From Actinomycetes bacterium (GTDB lineage Bacteria > Actinomycetota > Acidimicrobiia > Acidimicrobiales > JAJYXR01): a DNA stretch of 64,000 nucleotides. Shown here one piece after another: positions 1 through 9,376 of the stretch (within the stretch, counting starts at the first letter, position 1; each line of letters starts with the position of its first letter). The DNA is taken from assembly GCA_021801795.1 (NCBI GenBank), contig JAJYXR010000030.1, positions 54,175 through 118,174 on the forward strand. Reading direction: 5' to 3'. Under the pieces are notes generated by a model. It did no database searches. It was not told the origin of the DNA and saw nothing but the letters and a program-made list of their open reading frames with translations. The translations under genes and the position numbers were made by a program.

Positions 1-645
1 CACGATACCCTCCACGCTGCCCCTGATGGCGAGGATGCCGGCTCCCTTGGGACCCTGGAACTTATGAGCGCTGAGCGACACCAGGTCCACGTCTCTCGAC
101 AGCTCTGCCAGATCCAGCCAGGGAGCCGCATGCACCGCATCGGTGTGCACCACCGCACCAGGAGCAAGCTCCCTCACCAGCGAGACAGCTTCTGCAAGGG
201 GCTGGACCACACCTACCTCGTTGTTCGCCGCCATCAGCGAGACCAGACCGACCGAGGGATCGAGCAGGCTGGCCAGGGCATCGAGATCGACCACGCCGTT
301 CGGAGCTACCGGCACGATCCGCGCCCCCAGGTGCTCGGAGGCTCGCAGGACCGCCGGGTGCTCCACCGCGGAGCAGACCACCGGACCGGGCCTGGAGGCT
401 GCAGCGCCGAGCACGGCCAGGTTGTCCGCCTCGGTGCCTCCACTGGTGAAGACGATCTCGCCTGGTTCGAAGCCGGTCCACGCCGCCACCTCCTCACGGG
501 CCTGCTCGAGGATGTCGCGCGCCCGGCGCGCCTCGGCGTGGTGACCCGACGGGTTCCCGTAGACGTTCGCCAGGACGTCGGTCATGCAGTCCAGTGCCTC
601 CGCGCACATAGGAGTGCTCGCGGCATGGTCCAGGTAGGCCAGCAC
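1..645 (-). CDS. iscS: Cysteine desulfurase (IscS/NifS-like, class V aminotransferase), 3' part outside window
   Basis: Manual minus-strand translation: GTG start at 645 gives VLAYLDHAASTPM; the PLP lysine motif DLVSLSAHKFQGPKGAG lies near the window edge. It is missing from the ORF track because it runs off the end. Confidence 0.85.
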   Translation of the reverse strand, partial: MLAYLDHAASTPMCAEALDCMTDVLANVYGNPSGHHAEARRARDILEQAREEVAAWTGFEPGEIVFTSGGTEADNLAVLGAAASRPGPVVCSAVEHPAVLRASEHLGARIVPVAPNGVVDLDALASLLDPSVGLVSLMAANNEVGVVQPLAEAVSLVRELAPGAVVHTDAVHAAPWLDLAELSRDVDLVSLSAHKFQGPKGAGILAIRGSVEGIV

Positions 646-669
646 CCACTCGATCCTAGGGCTGGCCGT

Positions 670-1173
670 TCAGGGCTGGCCCACCATTATCACCACCGCC
701 ACCAGGAAGACCGCGCAGAGGAAGGCACTAGAAGCCGCCACACGCAGGCAGGTGCCCCTTAGCTTTACGCCACCGGCCTCCTCCTCCCATGACGAGCTCA
801 CCGCCTGCTGGATCCGGCGCTCCCCCGGCCAGACGACCAGCTCCGCCACCACAGCTGCCGTCGTCCAGAGCCCCAGCCCGATCAGGACGAAGGTGTCGGA
901 GAAGCCGAACGCGTGCTTCGAGGCCAGGACGAGCGACACGCCGAATACGGGGACGAGGAACAGAACCCTACCGAGCCAGTTCACTCCGGGGCGGAAGTAG
1001 CGGCGGACCGAGTCCGCGCTCTGCGAGCCTGGCCCTAGGCGCGCCCTCCAGGCCTGCACCCCGGTTACCGCGATGGCGCCGAATCCTATGAGCGCGCTCC
1101 CCATGTGCGCGACCAGCAGGAGGTCGAACACTGGTCCGGTTGGCGGAGATACCTTCCCTATGAGCACCGGCAC
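670..1173 (-). CDS. Small integral membrane protein (DUF2269-like)
   Basis: Four hydrophobic helices, N-terminal 'LLVAH..SALIGFGA' and C-terminal 'VIMVGQP'. Confidence 0.6.
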   Translation of the reverse strand: MPVLIGKVSPPTGPVFDLLLVAHMGSALIGFGAIAVTGVQAWRARLGPGSQSADSVRRYFRPGVNWLGRVLFLVPVFGVSLVLASKHAFGFSDTFVLIGLGLWTTAAVVAELVVWPGERRIQQAVSSSWEEEAGGVKLRGTCLRVAASSAFLCAVFLVAVVIMVGQP

Positions 1174-1376
1174 AGCCGACTGGTTTAGCCGCTACTGCCA
1201 TGCACTGCTGGTCACCCAATGATTCTGTGCAACATTTGATGGAACACTGAGGGTGGTATGCACCTATGTTCGGCTGGGGAGGCACTACGGTGGAGATGTG
1301 ATGCCCATGAGCTCAACATCTCTAGGTGGCAGTAGCTGCCGGACGTCCCTCCATGACGCCTGACCTGCGTCGTCCC

Positions 1377-1417
1377 ATGACGGGGCCGCGCTGATGACGG
1401 GGCCGCGCTGATGACGG
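1377..1417 (+). repeat. 17-bp tandem repeat ATGACGGGGCCGCGCTG x2 plus partial copy at galT start
   Basis: Read directly: units at 1377 and 1394, third ATGACGG at 1411. Confidence 0.9.
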
Positions 1418-2415
1418 CCGGGATCGCCCCGTCTAACCAGCTACGCCTCGATCCGTTGACGGGTCGTTGGGTAGTGGTGAGCACCGAACGCGGCGAGCGA
1501 CCATTCGCGTTCTCTCCGTGCTCTACGCAGGTCCAGGCCGATCCCGCCAGACCGTGTCCCTTCTGCCCCGGCAACGAGGAGTCCACCCCGCCGGCGCTGG
1601 AAACATACGGCCCTTCGGGAGGATGGCTGGTCCGGGTGGTGCCCAATCTCTACCCCGCCTTCGCCGGTGACCACCTCTTCGTGGTGGACCACCGGGGACC
1701 TGTCTTCACGCAGGCAGTTGCCGGCGGCATCCACGAGGTGCTGGTGCTCTCACCCGAGCACACCACCGGCTGGGACCGGCTGAGCGCCGAGCAGTCAGGC
1801 CTGGTGATGGCTGCCATACGTGACCGGATAGAGGAGCATTCCGCCATACCAGGTCTGCGCTACAGCCAGGCCATAGTGAACTCGGGCCGTGAGGCTGGCG
1901 CCTCCATCGAGCATCCACACGGCCAGCTTCTCGGTATGTCATTCGTGCCACGAGAGCTGGCCGAGGAGCAAGCCGGCTTCGCCCGCTTCACGGGAAGATG
2001 CCTGCTGTGCACCTCGGCAGACGCCGAAGAGGATGCGAGACACCGTGTCGTCTACGCCGACGAGAGGGTTCTGGTGCTGTGCCCCTTCTGGAGCGGTGTT
2101 CCCTTCGAGATGCTCGTCATACCCCGTAGCCATGACGCACACCTGCAGAGGGCCGCCACCGAGGACCTGGTGGCGGTGGGCAGGTCGATCCAGAAGGTCC
2201 TTGCCCAGCTGAAGCAGCGGTTCGACCAGGTCGCCTATAACGTGGTGTTCCACTCCGCGCCCTACCGGGCCGACGAGCCATATCACTGGCACGTCCACAT
2301 CTGGCCGAAGCTCACCACGCTTGCCGGCTTCGAGCTCGGTACCGGAGTCCTCATAAACGTGGTCGCCCCCGAGCAGGCTGCAGAGGAGCTGCGCGTCGGC
2401 GTACCGGTCGGCTAG
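1411..2415 (+). CDS. galT: Galactose-1-phosphate uridylyltransferase family (HIT-superfamily nucleotidyltransferase)
   Basis: RLDPLTGRWVVV..ER..RP, CPFCPGNE, VVPNLYPA, HEV, GASIEHPHGQ catalytic HPH, YHWH. Confidence 0.88.
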   Translation: MTAGIAPSNQLRLDPLTGRWVVVSTERGERPFAFSPCSTQVQADPARPCPFCPGNEESTPPALETYGPSGGWLVRVVPNLYPAFAGDHLFVVDHRGPVFTQAVAGGIHEVLVLSPEHTTGWDRLSAEQSGLVMAAIRDRIEEHSAIPGLRYSQAIVNSGREAGASIEHPHGQLLGMSFVPRELAEEQAGFARFTGRCLLCTSADAEEDARHRVVYADERVLVLCPFWSGVPFEMLVIPRSHDAHLQRAATEDLVAVGRSIQKVLAQLKQRFDQVAYNVVFHSAPYRADEPYHWHVHIWPKLTTLAGFELGTGVLINVVAPEQAAEELRVGVPVG

Positions 2416-2439
2416 ACCTGGCCGTCGGCTGAACCCTGC

Positions 2440-3489
2440 TCAGCCTCCGAAGAGGCCTGCCACGTCGTGGTAGAGGCCCAGATCAAGTGTCCTGGAGGGT
2501 CCCAGCGCCACCGCTATGGGAACACGCACGATGTGCCCCGCCTGCAGCGCCACCATGGAACCGAACTCTCCGTCGTGGACCGCCTGCACGGCCTCTACGC
2601 CGAAACGGGTGGCCAGGACCCGGTCATAAGCCGTGGGAGTGCCGCCTCGCTGGATGTGCCCGAGGATGGTGACCCGCGACTCGTAACCGGTCCGGCGCTC
2701 TATCTCTTCGGCCAGCCAGTTCCCTATCCCGCCCAGCCGGGCATGGCCGAAGGCGTCGGGGGACCCGCCTGACACCGCACGGCGGGCCGACTCCAGGTCC
2801 CCTGGTGCTGCGGGCAGCGCTCCCTCGGAGACGACCACTATGGACGAGAACTGGCCACCGTCGTGACGGCGACGGAGCCTCTGGCAGACCTCGTCGAGGT
2901 CGAAGGCCAGCTCGGGTACGAGTATGTCGGCTGCTCCGCCGGCGATGCCCGCATAGGTGGCGATCCATCCCGCATTACGACCCATCACCTCGCAGACGAT
3001 CACCCGGTGATGGGACTCTGCCGTGGTCCGCAGCCGGTCGATGGCTTCGGTGGCGGTCTGGACGGCGGTGTCGAAACCGAAGGTCACCTCGGTACCGGGC
3101 AGGTCGTTGTCTATGGTCTTCGGAACCCCGACCACCGGAGTACCTGATGCAGCCAGGCGCGCCGCCACTCCCAGAGTGTCCTCACCGCCAATGGCTATCA
3201 AGGCATCTATGCCGTTGGACTCGATAGCCGCCGCGACGCGACCAGGACCGCCTTCTATGGCGAACGGGTTCGTCCTCGAGGTTCCCAGGATGGTGCCACC
3301 CAGGGTGAGGATGTCCCTGCATTCCCCTACCGTCAGCTCGCGTGCGGTTCCATCGATCAACCCACGCCAGCCGTCTGCGAAGCCGACCGCGCTGTCACCG
3401 TAGAGGACCGATCCGGATATCACGACGGCCCTTATGACAGCGTTCAGGCCGGGGCAGTCTCCGCCGCCGGTGAGGAGCCCGAGCCTCAT
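2440..3489 (-). CDS. pfkA: 6-phosphofructokinase (actinobacterial PfkA/Pfp group)
   Basis: TGGGDCPGLNAVIR, GGTILGTSR, GGEDT, PKTIDND, EVMGR, LGHIQRGG. Confidence 0.95.
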   Translation of the reverse strand: MRLGLLTGGGDCPGLNAVIRAVVISGSVLYGDSAVGFADGWRGLIDGTARELTVGECRDILTLGGTILGTSRTNPFAIEGGPGRVAAAIESNGIDALIAIGGEDTLGVAARLAASGTPVVGVPKTIDNDLPGTEVTFGFDTAVQTATEAIDRLRTTAESHHRVIVCEVMGRNAGWIATYAGIAGGAADILVPELAFDLDEVCQRLRRRHDGGQFSSIVVVSEGALPAAPGDLESARRAVSGGSPDAFGHARLGGIGNWLAEEIERRTGYESRVTILGHIQRGGTPTAYDRVLATRFGVEAVQAVHDGEFGSMVALQAGHIVRVPIAVALGPSRTLDLGLYHDVAGLFGG

Positions 3490-5012
3490 GGCAGAGTGCC
3501 GGTCGGGTCGCCGGAGTCATACGACGGCGCTGCCTCGGCTTCGAGCGCGCTGAGGGACCGGAGACGTTCGATGGCCGCCCGGCGCAGCTCCAGCGCCGAG
3601 GTGATGGTGCGGATCGCACCTCGGTCAGGGGGAACGATGCCGAGTATGCCGGGCACGTTCAGATATCCCGAGAGGAATGCCCGCCGGTTACGGCGCTCCC
3701 AGGCCTCTGCAAGCTTCGTGGTCCCGCGCTCGTCGGCAGGATCGTGCCCGCCGGCAGCTGCGGCGGCCAGCGTGCTCAAGCACCACAGCATGGTGGCCAC
3801 GTCCTGAAGGGGCGATGCCGTGCTGGTGGCATCCAGCTCCTGACCTGCGGTGGTCTCCGGTGCAGGAATGCCCGGTAACACCCTCCCCTCGGCAGCGGCA
3901 TCCGGCCACATGAGATCCCAGACGTACCAACCCTGCTCTGTCCGGCACACCCGACCGAGGTGCAGATCTCCGTGAACCCGTATCTCGGTGCACGGGAAGG
4001 GCAGCGCACGCATGGCTTCGAGCATTGCCACCACGTCGGGACGATCAGCTAGGTCTGGTTCCGCGAGAGACACCGCCGAGCTCACCGACTGGGCCCATGA
4101 CGCGGGATTACCGGCTCGTCTCCCGAACGCGCTGTCGAGAGCCAGGTGCATCCGCGCGGTCATGGTCCCGAGAGCTCCGGCCTCCGATGCGAAGTCCCCC
4201 CCTGCCTCGGCAGGGTCGCATCCTGCCTCGTAGAGGTCGCGTAGCGAGGCCTCTGCGACTGCCGTACCGGGCGACGCGCCGGATAGCTGCTCCTGGACGA
4301 GGCCGAGATCCCAGGAGCGGTGCCGCCAGCGGGCGAGAGGCGCCGGTATGTGGTTGAAGCCAGCCTCGTCGAGAGCCACCAGTAGCTCCACGCCTGGGTT
4401 CGGCCCATCGCAGAGGGTATGGAAGATGGTGAGCACATAGCTGTCACCTGCTGCCAGCCGTGTGGAGGAGGGATCCGTCCCCATCAGCCTCACATAGGGC
4501 ACCTGCTCGGCGGAAGATGGCATGACCTCCTCGACGAGCCACAGGGCGATCTCCGCATCGCAGAGCGCGTCCACCGCCACTGCCAGGCCGTGGCCGTCCT
4601 CGTAGAGACCCAGCACCGGGTCACTCGCCCCGGCCAGGAGGTGTACCTCATCTCCGGGGGAACGCAGGCCGATGGCCAGATGCAAGGTGGACCCGTTCAC
4701 TGTGGCTACCACATCGAGCAACCCCGGACGGCCGCTTCGCAGGACCTGCACCTCCTGGACCTCGACCGAGGCTTCCGAGGGCTCCAGCGCAGCGGGCTCG
4801 TAGCCGTGCCTGGCCAGGCCATCGGCACCTGTGGGTCCGAACGCGCCGTCACCAGTCGCAGGCACCCGCCTGCTGAGGCGCTGCGCCAGGACAGCCACCA
4901 GGCCGGCCAGTGACCGCTCCTGAGCCGGATCCCCCTGGCGCGGGCCGCTGGAGGGCGCTCGGACATCTCCCCGGCCGGACCCAGATACGCCGCCGGGCGC
5001 AGAGACGCTCAC
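3486..5012 (-). CDS. Maltokinase (Pep2/Mak)-like protein with degenerate catalytic motifs
   Basis: LGTMTARMHLAL, RVHGDLHLG, SPLQDVATML, WERRNRRAFLSGY. Lies directly downstream of treS; GTG at 5012 overlaps the treS TGA. Confidence 0.75.
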   Translation of the reverse strand: MSVSAPGGVSGSGRGDVRAPSSGPRQGDPAQERSLAGLVAVLAQRLSRRVPATGDGAFGPTGADGLARHGYEPAALEPSEASVEVQEVQVLRSGRPGLLDVVATVNGSTLHLAIGLRSPGDEVHLLAGASDPVLGLYEDGHGLAVAVDALCDAEIALWLVEEVMPSSAEQVPYVRLMGTDPSSTRLAAGDSYVLTIFHTLCDGPNPGVELLVALDEAGFNHIPAPLARWRHRSWDLGLVQEQLSGASPGTAVAEASLRDLYEAGCDPAEAGGDFASEAGALGTMTARMHLALDSAFGRRAGNPASWAQSVSSAVSLAEPDLADRPDVVAMLEAMRALPFPCTEIRVHGDLHLGRVCRTEQGWYVWDLMWPDAAAEGRVLPGIPAPETTAGQELDATSTASPLQDVATMLWCLSTLAAAAAGGHDPADERGTTKLAEAWERRNRRAFLSGYLNVPGILGIVPPDRGAIRTITSALELRRAAIERLRSLSALEAEAAPSYDSGDPTGTLP

Positions 5013-6805
5013 CCGCGCCCCTCCAGGAACACCGATGGCAGCGGCGCGACGGCGGCAGTGACGTCGCCGTCGAAGGCCGGAGGGGACCCGTCGGGATCCA
5101 CCTCGCTGTCGAGTGACTCGGAACCTACGAGGTCGAACCAGTAGTACCCGTATGGCCCCAGCGTCACTCCATAGGATCCTTCCCCCACGACAGGGAACGG
5201 TACCCGACCCAGCACCTCCATGGGAACCCGCCCTGCCCACCTTCCGAGCTCGAGCCAGGCCGGCTGGGCAAACCTGCTGAGATTATGGACACAGAGCACG
5301 GGGTTCACCTCCGCCGCACCAGCATCGTGCGAATCGTCGAGGCGGACGTATGCAAGGACCGACGGGTTAGGGCACTGGACCTGCTCCATTGCCCCGGTAC
5401 CGAACACCGGGTACTGCCGTCGAGCCTGGAGCATCCTGCGGATCCAGTGCAGCAACGAGGTCGGCTTGCGCTGCTCGGCCTCCACGTTCAGGGCCTGGTA
5501 GCCGTAGACGGGATCCATCACCGGCGGCAGGTACAGCTGGGCGAAGTCCGCCCTCGAGAACCCTCCGTTACGATCCGGGCTCCACTGCATCGGGGTGCGC
5601 ACCGAGTCCCGATCACCCAGGTAGAGGTTGTCCCCCATGAGCAGCTCGTCACCGTAGTAGATGACAGGACTGCCTGGAAGGCTGAACACCAGTGCATAGA
5701 GCAGCTCCGCCAGACGCCTGTCGCCGTCGAGCAGGGGTGCAAGCCGCCTGCCTATGCCCATGTGCCGCGACATCCTGGGATCCTTCACGTACTCCCTGAC
5801 CATGTAGTCGCGCTCTTCCTCCGAGACCTTCTCCAGGGTTAGCTCGTCGTGGTTCCGCAGGAAGATGGCCCATTGGCAGCCCTCGGGGATGTCCGGGGTC
5901 TGTGCCAGTATCTCGGTGATAGGGAAACGCTGCTCGCGGCGAACAGCCATGAACAGCCGCGGCATCAGGGGGAAGTGGAAGCACATGTGGCACTCGTCGC
6001 CATCCCCGAAGTAGTCGACCAGGTCGGTGGGCCACTGGTTCGCCTCGGCCAGAAGTACCCGACCTGGGTAGGCAGCCTCCACCTCCTTCCGGATGCGCTG
6101 GAGCAACGCGTGGGTCTCGGGCAAGTTCTCGCCGGTGGTCCCGTCGCGCTGGTAGAGGTAGGGAACCGCGTCGAGCCTGAAGCCGTCCAGCCCGATGTCC
6201 AGCCAGAACCTGACCACCTCGAGCATCGCCTCCACCACCTCGGGGTTCTCGTAGTTCAGGTCGGGCTGGTGGGAGTAGAAGCGGTGCCAGTAGTACTGAG
6301 AGCGCTGGGCATCGAAACACCAGTTCGAGGTCTCCACATCGACGAACACCACACGTGCCTCGGGCCAGCGCGCGTCGTCGTCGTTCCAGACGTACCAGTC
6401 GGCCTTCGGGTTCTCACGCGACGACCTCGACTCGACGAACCAGGGGTGCTGGTCGCTGGTGTGGTTCAGCACCAGGTCCCCTATCACCCGGATCTGGCGC
6501 CGGTGCGCATCCTCGAGGAGGGCAACGAGGTCCCCGACGGTGCCGAGGTCAGGGTGGACGCTGAAGAAGTCGCTAATGTCGTAGCCGGAATCTCTGAGCG
6601 GAGACGGGTAGAAGGGCAGCAGCCAGATACAATCGATCCCCAACCACTCCAGGTAGTCGAGCTTCGCGCGAAGACCCGCCAGATCCCCTATGCCGTCACC
6701 GTCGGAGTCGTAGAAGCCACGAACCGGCAACTCGTAGAAAACCGCCCGGCGATACCACGCCGGGTCGTCACCCGATGCCAGGAGCTGATCAGCTGTCGGT
6801 TCCAC
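5009..6805 (-). CDS. treS: Trehalose synthase / maltose alpha-D-glucosyltransferase (GH13)
   Basis: WYRRAVFYE, LNHTSDQHPWF, GFRLDAVPYL, LAEANQ, FLRNHDELTLE. Confidence 0.95.
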   Translation of the reverse strand: MEPTADQLLASGDDPAWYRRAVFYELPVRGFYDSDGDGIGDLAGLRAKLDYLEWLGIDCIWLLPFYPSPLRDSGYDISDFFSVHPDLGTVGDLVALLEDAHRRQIRVIGDLVLNHTSDQHPWFVESRSSRENPKADWYVWNDDDARWPEARVVFVDVETSNWCFDAQRSQYYWHRFYSHQPDLNYENPEVVEAMLEVVRFWLDIGLDGFRLDAVPYLYQRDGTTGENLPETHALLQRIRKEVEAAYPGRVLLAEANQWPTDLVDYFGDGDECHMCFHFPLMPRLFMAVRREQRFPITEILAQTPDIPEGCQWAIFLRNHDELTLEKVSEEERDYMVREYVKDPRMSRHMGIGRRLAPLLDGDRRLAELLYALVFSLPGSPVIYYGDELLMGDNLYLGDRDSVRTPMQWSPDRNGGFSRADFAQLYLPPVMDPVYGYQALNVEAEQRKPTSLLHWIRRMLQARRQYPVFGTGAMEQVQCPNPSVLAYVRLDDSHDAGAAEVNPVLCVHNLSRFAQPAWLELGRWAGRVPMEVLGRVPFPVVGEGSYGVTLGPYGYYWFDLVGSESLDSEVDPDGSPPAFDGDVTAAVAPLPSVFLEGRG

Positions 6806-6932
6806 CTAGCCAGGGTCGCGCCGGATCGACCTCAGCGCCAGCCGGGAACCGCGCGCCAGGTCTGGCAGATCATGGAGCGCCGCTGTCTCGATCGCAGGCT
6901 CGGGCGCAGAGCACCCCCAGCAGGCACGGGGA

Positions 6933-8066
6933 TCAGTCGACAGAGCTGAGCGGGCAGTGATTCTGCGGGTTGCCCGCAGAGGAGGACGCTAGCTGGTAGG
7001 GCCCCAGAAGGTTGCCCACGTGGCTGAAGAAGACCACCTGGGCGCTCCACTGGACCCCGCCGCAGACCTCCCAGTAGGGAGACCCTGTCGGCGCGTCTAC
7101 TCCTGCCGACACCCCTATGGAGGGCCCCACCCCTGCGTTCAGGCCTGGGGGACCGACCTGGAGCCACAGCGGTGACACCACCGCAGCCGTCTGGGTGCCG
7201 TTCAGCGTGAGCGGCAGGGTGCCCAGCCCGAAGCAGCTCGGAAGGTTCGCCAGGTCCGTCGAGGCATCCCCTGCAGGACAGGTGAGCGTCGAGGAGTCGT
7301 CGATGATCTTACCGTCGACCACGCCTGCGGAGAAGGTCCACTTCGCGTTCACCGTGAGGCTCACCGGCACCGGGATGGTCACCGAGGGAACTATGCGAAC
7401 GTAGACGTCCAGGCCGTAGGGGAGCCCGAGGGGAAGCGGGACCTCCACCGTGTGGCTGACCCTGGCGTCGAAGGTCACCTCGACGTGGGACACGTTGACC
7501 GAACCGCTGGTGAGGAAGGCTACCGGGAACCCGAAGGCACCCTTCGTCACGCCCAGGTTCCCCGAGACCGCCACGGTGCCGCCGGTGGCACTCAGCACCA
7601 CGCTGCCACCACCGAATATCGGGACGTTCAGGTTCTGGATGTTCACCGGGACCGTCACCGCGAGCGAGTTACTGCTCAAGTAGTAGTAGCCCGGGGCGCA
7701 TCCCGCGAGGAAGGACACACAGCCTGTGGTCGAGGTGCCCGATGGGGTGACCACCTTTACCACCACCCCGTCCGCCGCCGACGATGCCGGCACCTGGTGG
7801 ACCACCAACTCCGAAGAGGACACCACGCTGATGTCCGAGGTCTGCACAGATCCGAACTCGACAGCCGTCGCCCCGGTGAAGCCCGAGCCGTCGATGGTGA
7901 CAGAGCCGCCACCGGCCATGGGGCCGCTGTCGGGGGACACCGAGCTGACAGTGGGACCAGATGAGCCACCGCCGAAGGGCCACCCTGGTATGACGCATGC
8001 ACCCAGCACTATGGCGAGCGCGGGCAGGACTGCCGCCACACCCAACCTCTCCCAACGTCCGCGCAT
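6933..8066 (-). CDS. Lipoprotein with IPT/TIG domain and beta-rich C-terminal region
   Basis: Signal peptide with lipobox LGAC; PTVSSVSPDSGPMAGGGSVTIDGSGFTGATAVEFG is an IPT/TIG signature. Start is ATG 8066 or GTG 8099. Confidence 0.7.
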   Translation of the reverse strand: MRGRWERLGVAAVLPALAIVLGACVIPGWPFGGGSSGPTVSSVSPDSGPMAGGGSVTIDGSGFTGATAVEFGSVQTSDISVVSSSELVVHQVPASSAADGVVVKVVTPSGTSTTGCVSFLAGCAPGYYYLSSNSLAVTVPVNIQNLNVPIFGGGSVVLSATGGTVAVSGNLGVTKGAFGFPVAFLTSGSVNVSHVEVTFDARVSHTVEVPLPLGLPYGLDVYVRIVPSVTIPVPVSLTVNAKWTFSAGVVDGKIIDDSSTLTCPAGDASTDLANLPSCFGLGTLPLTLNGTQTAAVVSPLWLQVGPPGLNAGVGPSIGVSAGVDAPTGSPYWEVCGGVQWSAQVVFFSHVGNLLGPYQLASSSAGNPQNHCPLSSVD

Positions 8067-8176
8067 GCCATTCCCCCCTCTGGGCCATGTCAACACCACG
8101 GCCCCAACGCTAAAACGACACCCGGCAGCACTGCCGCCGCTTTACGTGGTTAGCGTAGCACAGCGCGCCAAAGATG

Positions 8177-9274
8177 TCACCTGGAGCGGTCGTCCTCGCC
8201 TCCTGGTCCTCTGATCAGGGCTTCCTCCAGCAACTGCTGTGCGGCTCCATAGGGATCGATCCTGCCTGCAGCCAGCTCGGCCAGGAGCCCCGCGTGCTCA
8301 GGGCTACCCAGGATCTTCGTCACCCGCTCCTCGACACGCGCGCCGAGCACCTTCATGAGCTCCCGCTCTGCCCTCAGGCGCCTCCTCGTCTCCAGGCGCC
8401 CCTCCGAGCCGAGGAACTCACGGTGACGCTCTATCTCGCCGAAGAGCTCCTGGAGACCTTCCCCGTTCGACGCCGAGGTCTCTACCACTGGGGGCCGCCA
8501 GGCACCCCCGGGTCCCAGGTCGAGCATCTGCTCCAGGTCACGCCGGGTCTCCCGTGCGCCCGGGCGATCTGCCTTGTTCACCACGAACACATCGGCCACC
8601 TCCAGCAGGCCAGCCTTAGATGCCTGCACCGCGTCGCCCCATCCCGGGTTCACCACCACCACCGTCGTGTCCGTAGCGGAAGCCACCTCTACCTCCACCT
8701 GGCCCACCCCGACCGTCTCCACGAACACCATCCCGAAGCCCGCGGCTCCGAGAACCCTCACAGCCTCCGGCACGGCGACAGCCAGGCCCCCGAGCTGGCC
8801 ACGGGTAGCCATCGAGCGGATGAAGACGCCATCGTCGAGTGCGTGGCCCTGCATGCGGACACGGTCACCCAGGATCGCACCACCGCTGAAGGGAGAGGAC
8901 GGGTCCACCGCGAGGACACCCACCGATGCCTCCGTGGAGCTGCGAGCAAGAGCCACCAGGCGGTCGGTAAGCGTCGACTTGCCAGCACCCGGAGCCCCTG
9001 TGATCCCCACGGTCGCCGGCTCGCTGCCAACCGAATAAGCCAGGGCAGCTACCTCGCGCCCAGCCCCACCAGAGCGCTCCACCAGCGTGAGCAGCCGGGC
9101 CAGGGCGAGGCGATCACCCGAACGCGCTGCCTCGAAGAGGGCTCCAGGTGGCTGGGCCACCCGGGTCACGCTGGTGCCGACCCGATATCCCCCGCCCTCG
9201 GGTCCTGACCCGCCTACGTCAGCGTGAGATCCCCCTGTGCTGGATACGTCTGGGTCTTCGATAGATCCGTTCAT
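8177..9274 (-). CDS. meaB: B12-mutase-associated GTPase chaperone MeaB
   Basis: GITGAPGAGKST, AVDPSSPFSGGAILGDRVRM, FIRSMATRG, VETVGVGQ, VNKAD. Confidence 0.93.
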   Translation of the reverse strand: MNGSIEDPDVSSTGGSHADVGGSGPEGGGYRVGTSVTRVAQPPGALFEAARSGDRLALARLLTLVERSGGAGREVAALAYSVGSEPATVGITGAPGAGKSTLTDRLVALARSSTEASVGVLAVDPSSPFSGGAILGDRVRMQGHALDDGVFIRSMATRGQLGGLAVAVPEAVRVLGAAGFGMVFVETVGVGQVEVEVASATDTTVVVVNPGWGDAVQASKAGLLEVADVFVVNKADRPGARETRRDLEQMLDLGPGGAWRPPVVETSASNGEGLQELFGEIERHREFLGSEGRLETRRRLRAERELMKVLGARVEERVTKILGSPEHAGLLAELAAGRIDPYGAAQQLLEEALIRGPGGEDDRSR

Positions 9275-9300
9275 GGTGCCAGCCGAGCGTAGCCCGACGA

Positions 9301-9376
9301 CCCGGCTGGCCCGACCCGGCTGGCCCGATCAGGCTGGCCCGATCAGGCTGGCCCGACCCGGCTGGCCCGATCAGGC
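9301..9376. repeat. 14-bp tandem repeat (CCC/TCA)GGCTGGCCCGA x5
   Basis: Read directly between the murA stop and the meaB start. Confidence 0.9.

Noticed and set aside
64-762. 232-aa plus-strand ORF
   Set aside because: Antisense shadow of the minus-strand cysteine desulfurase.
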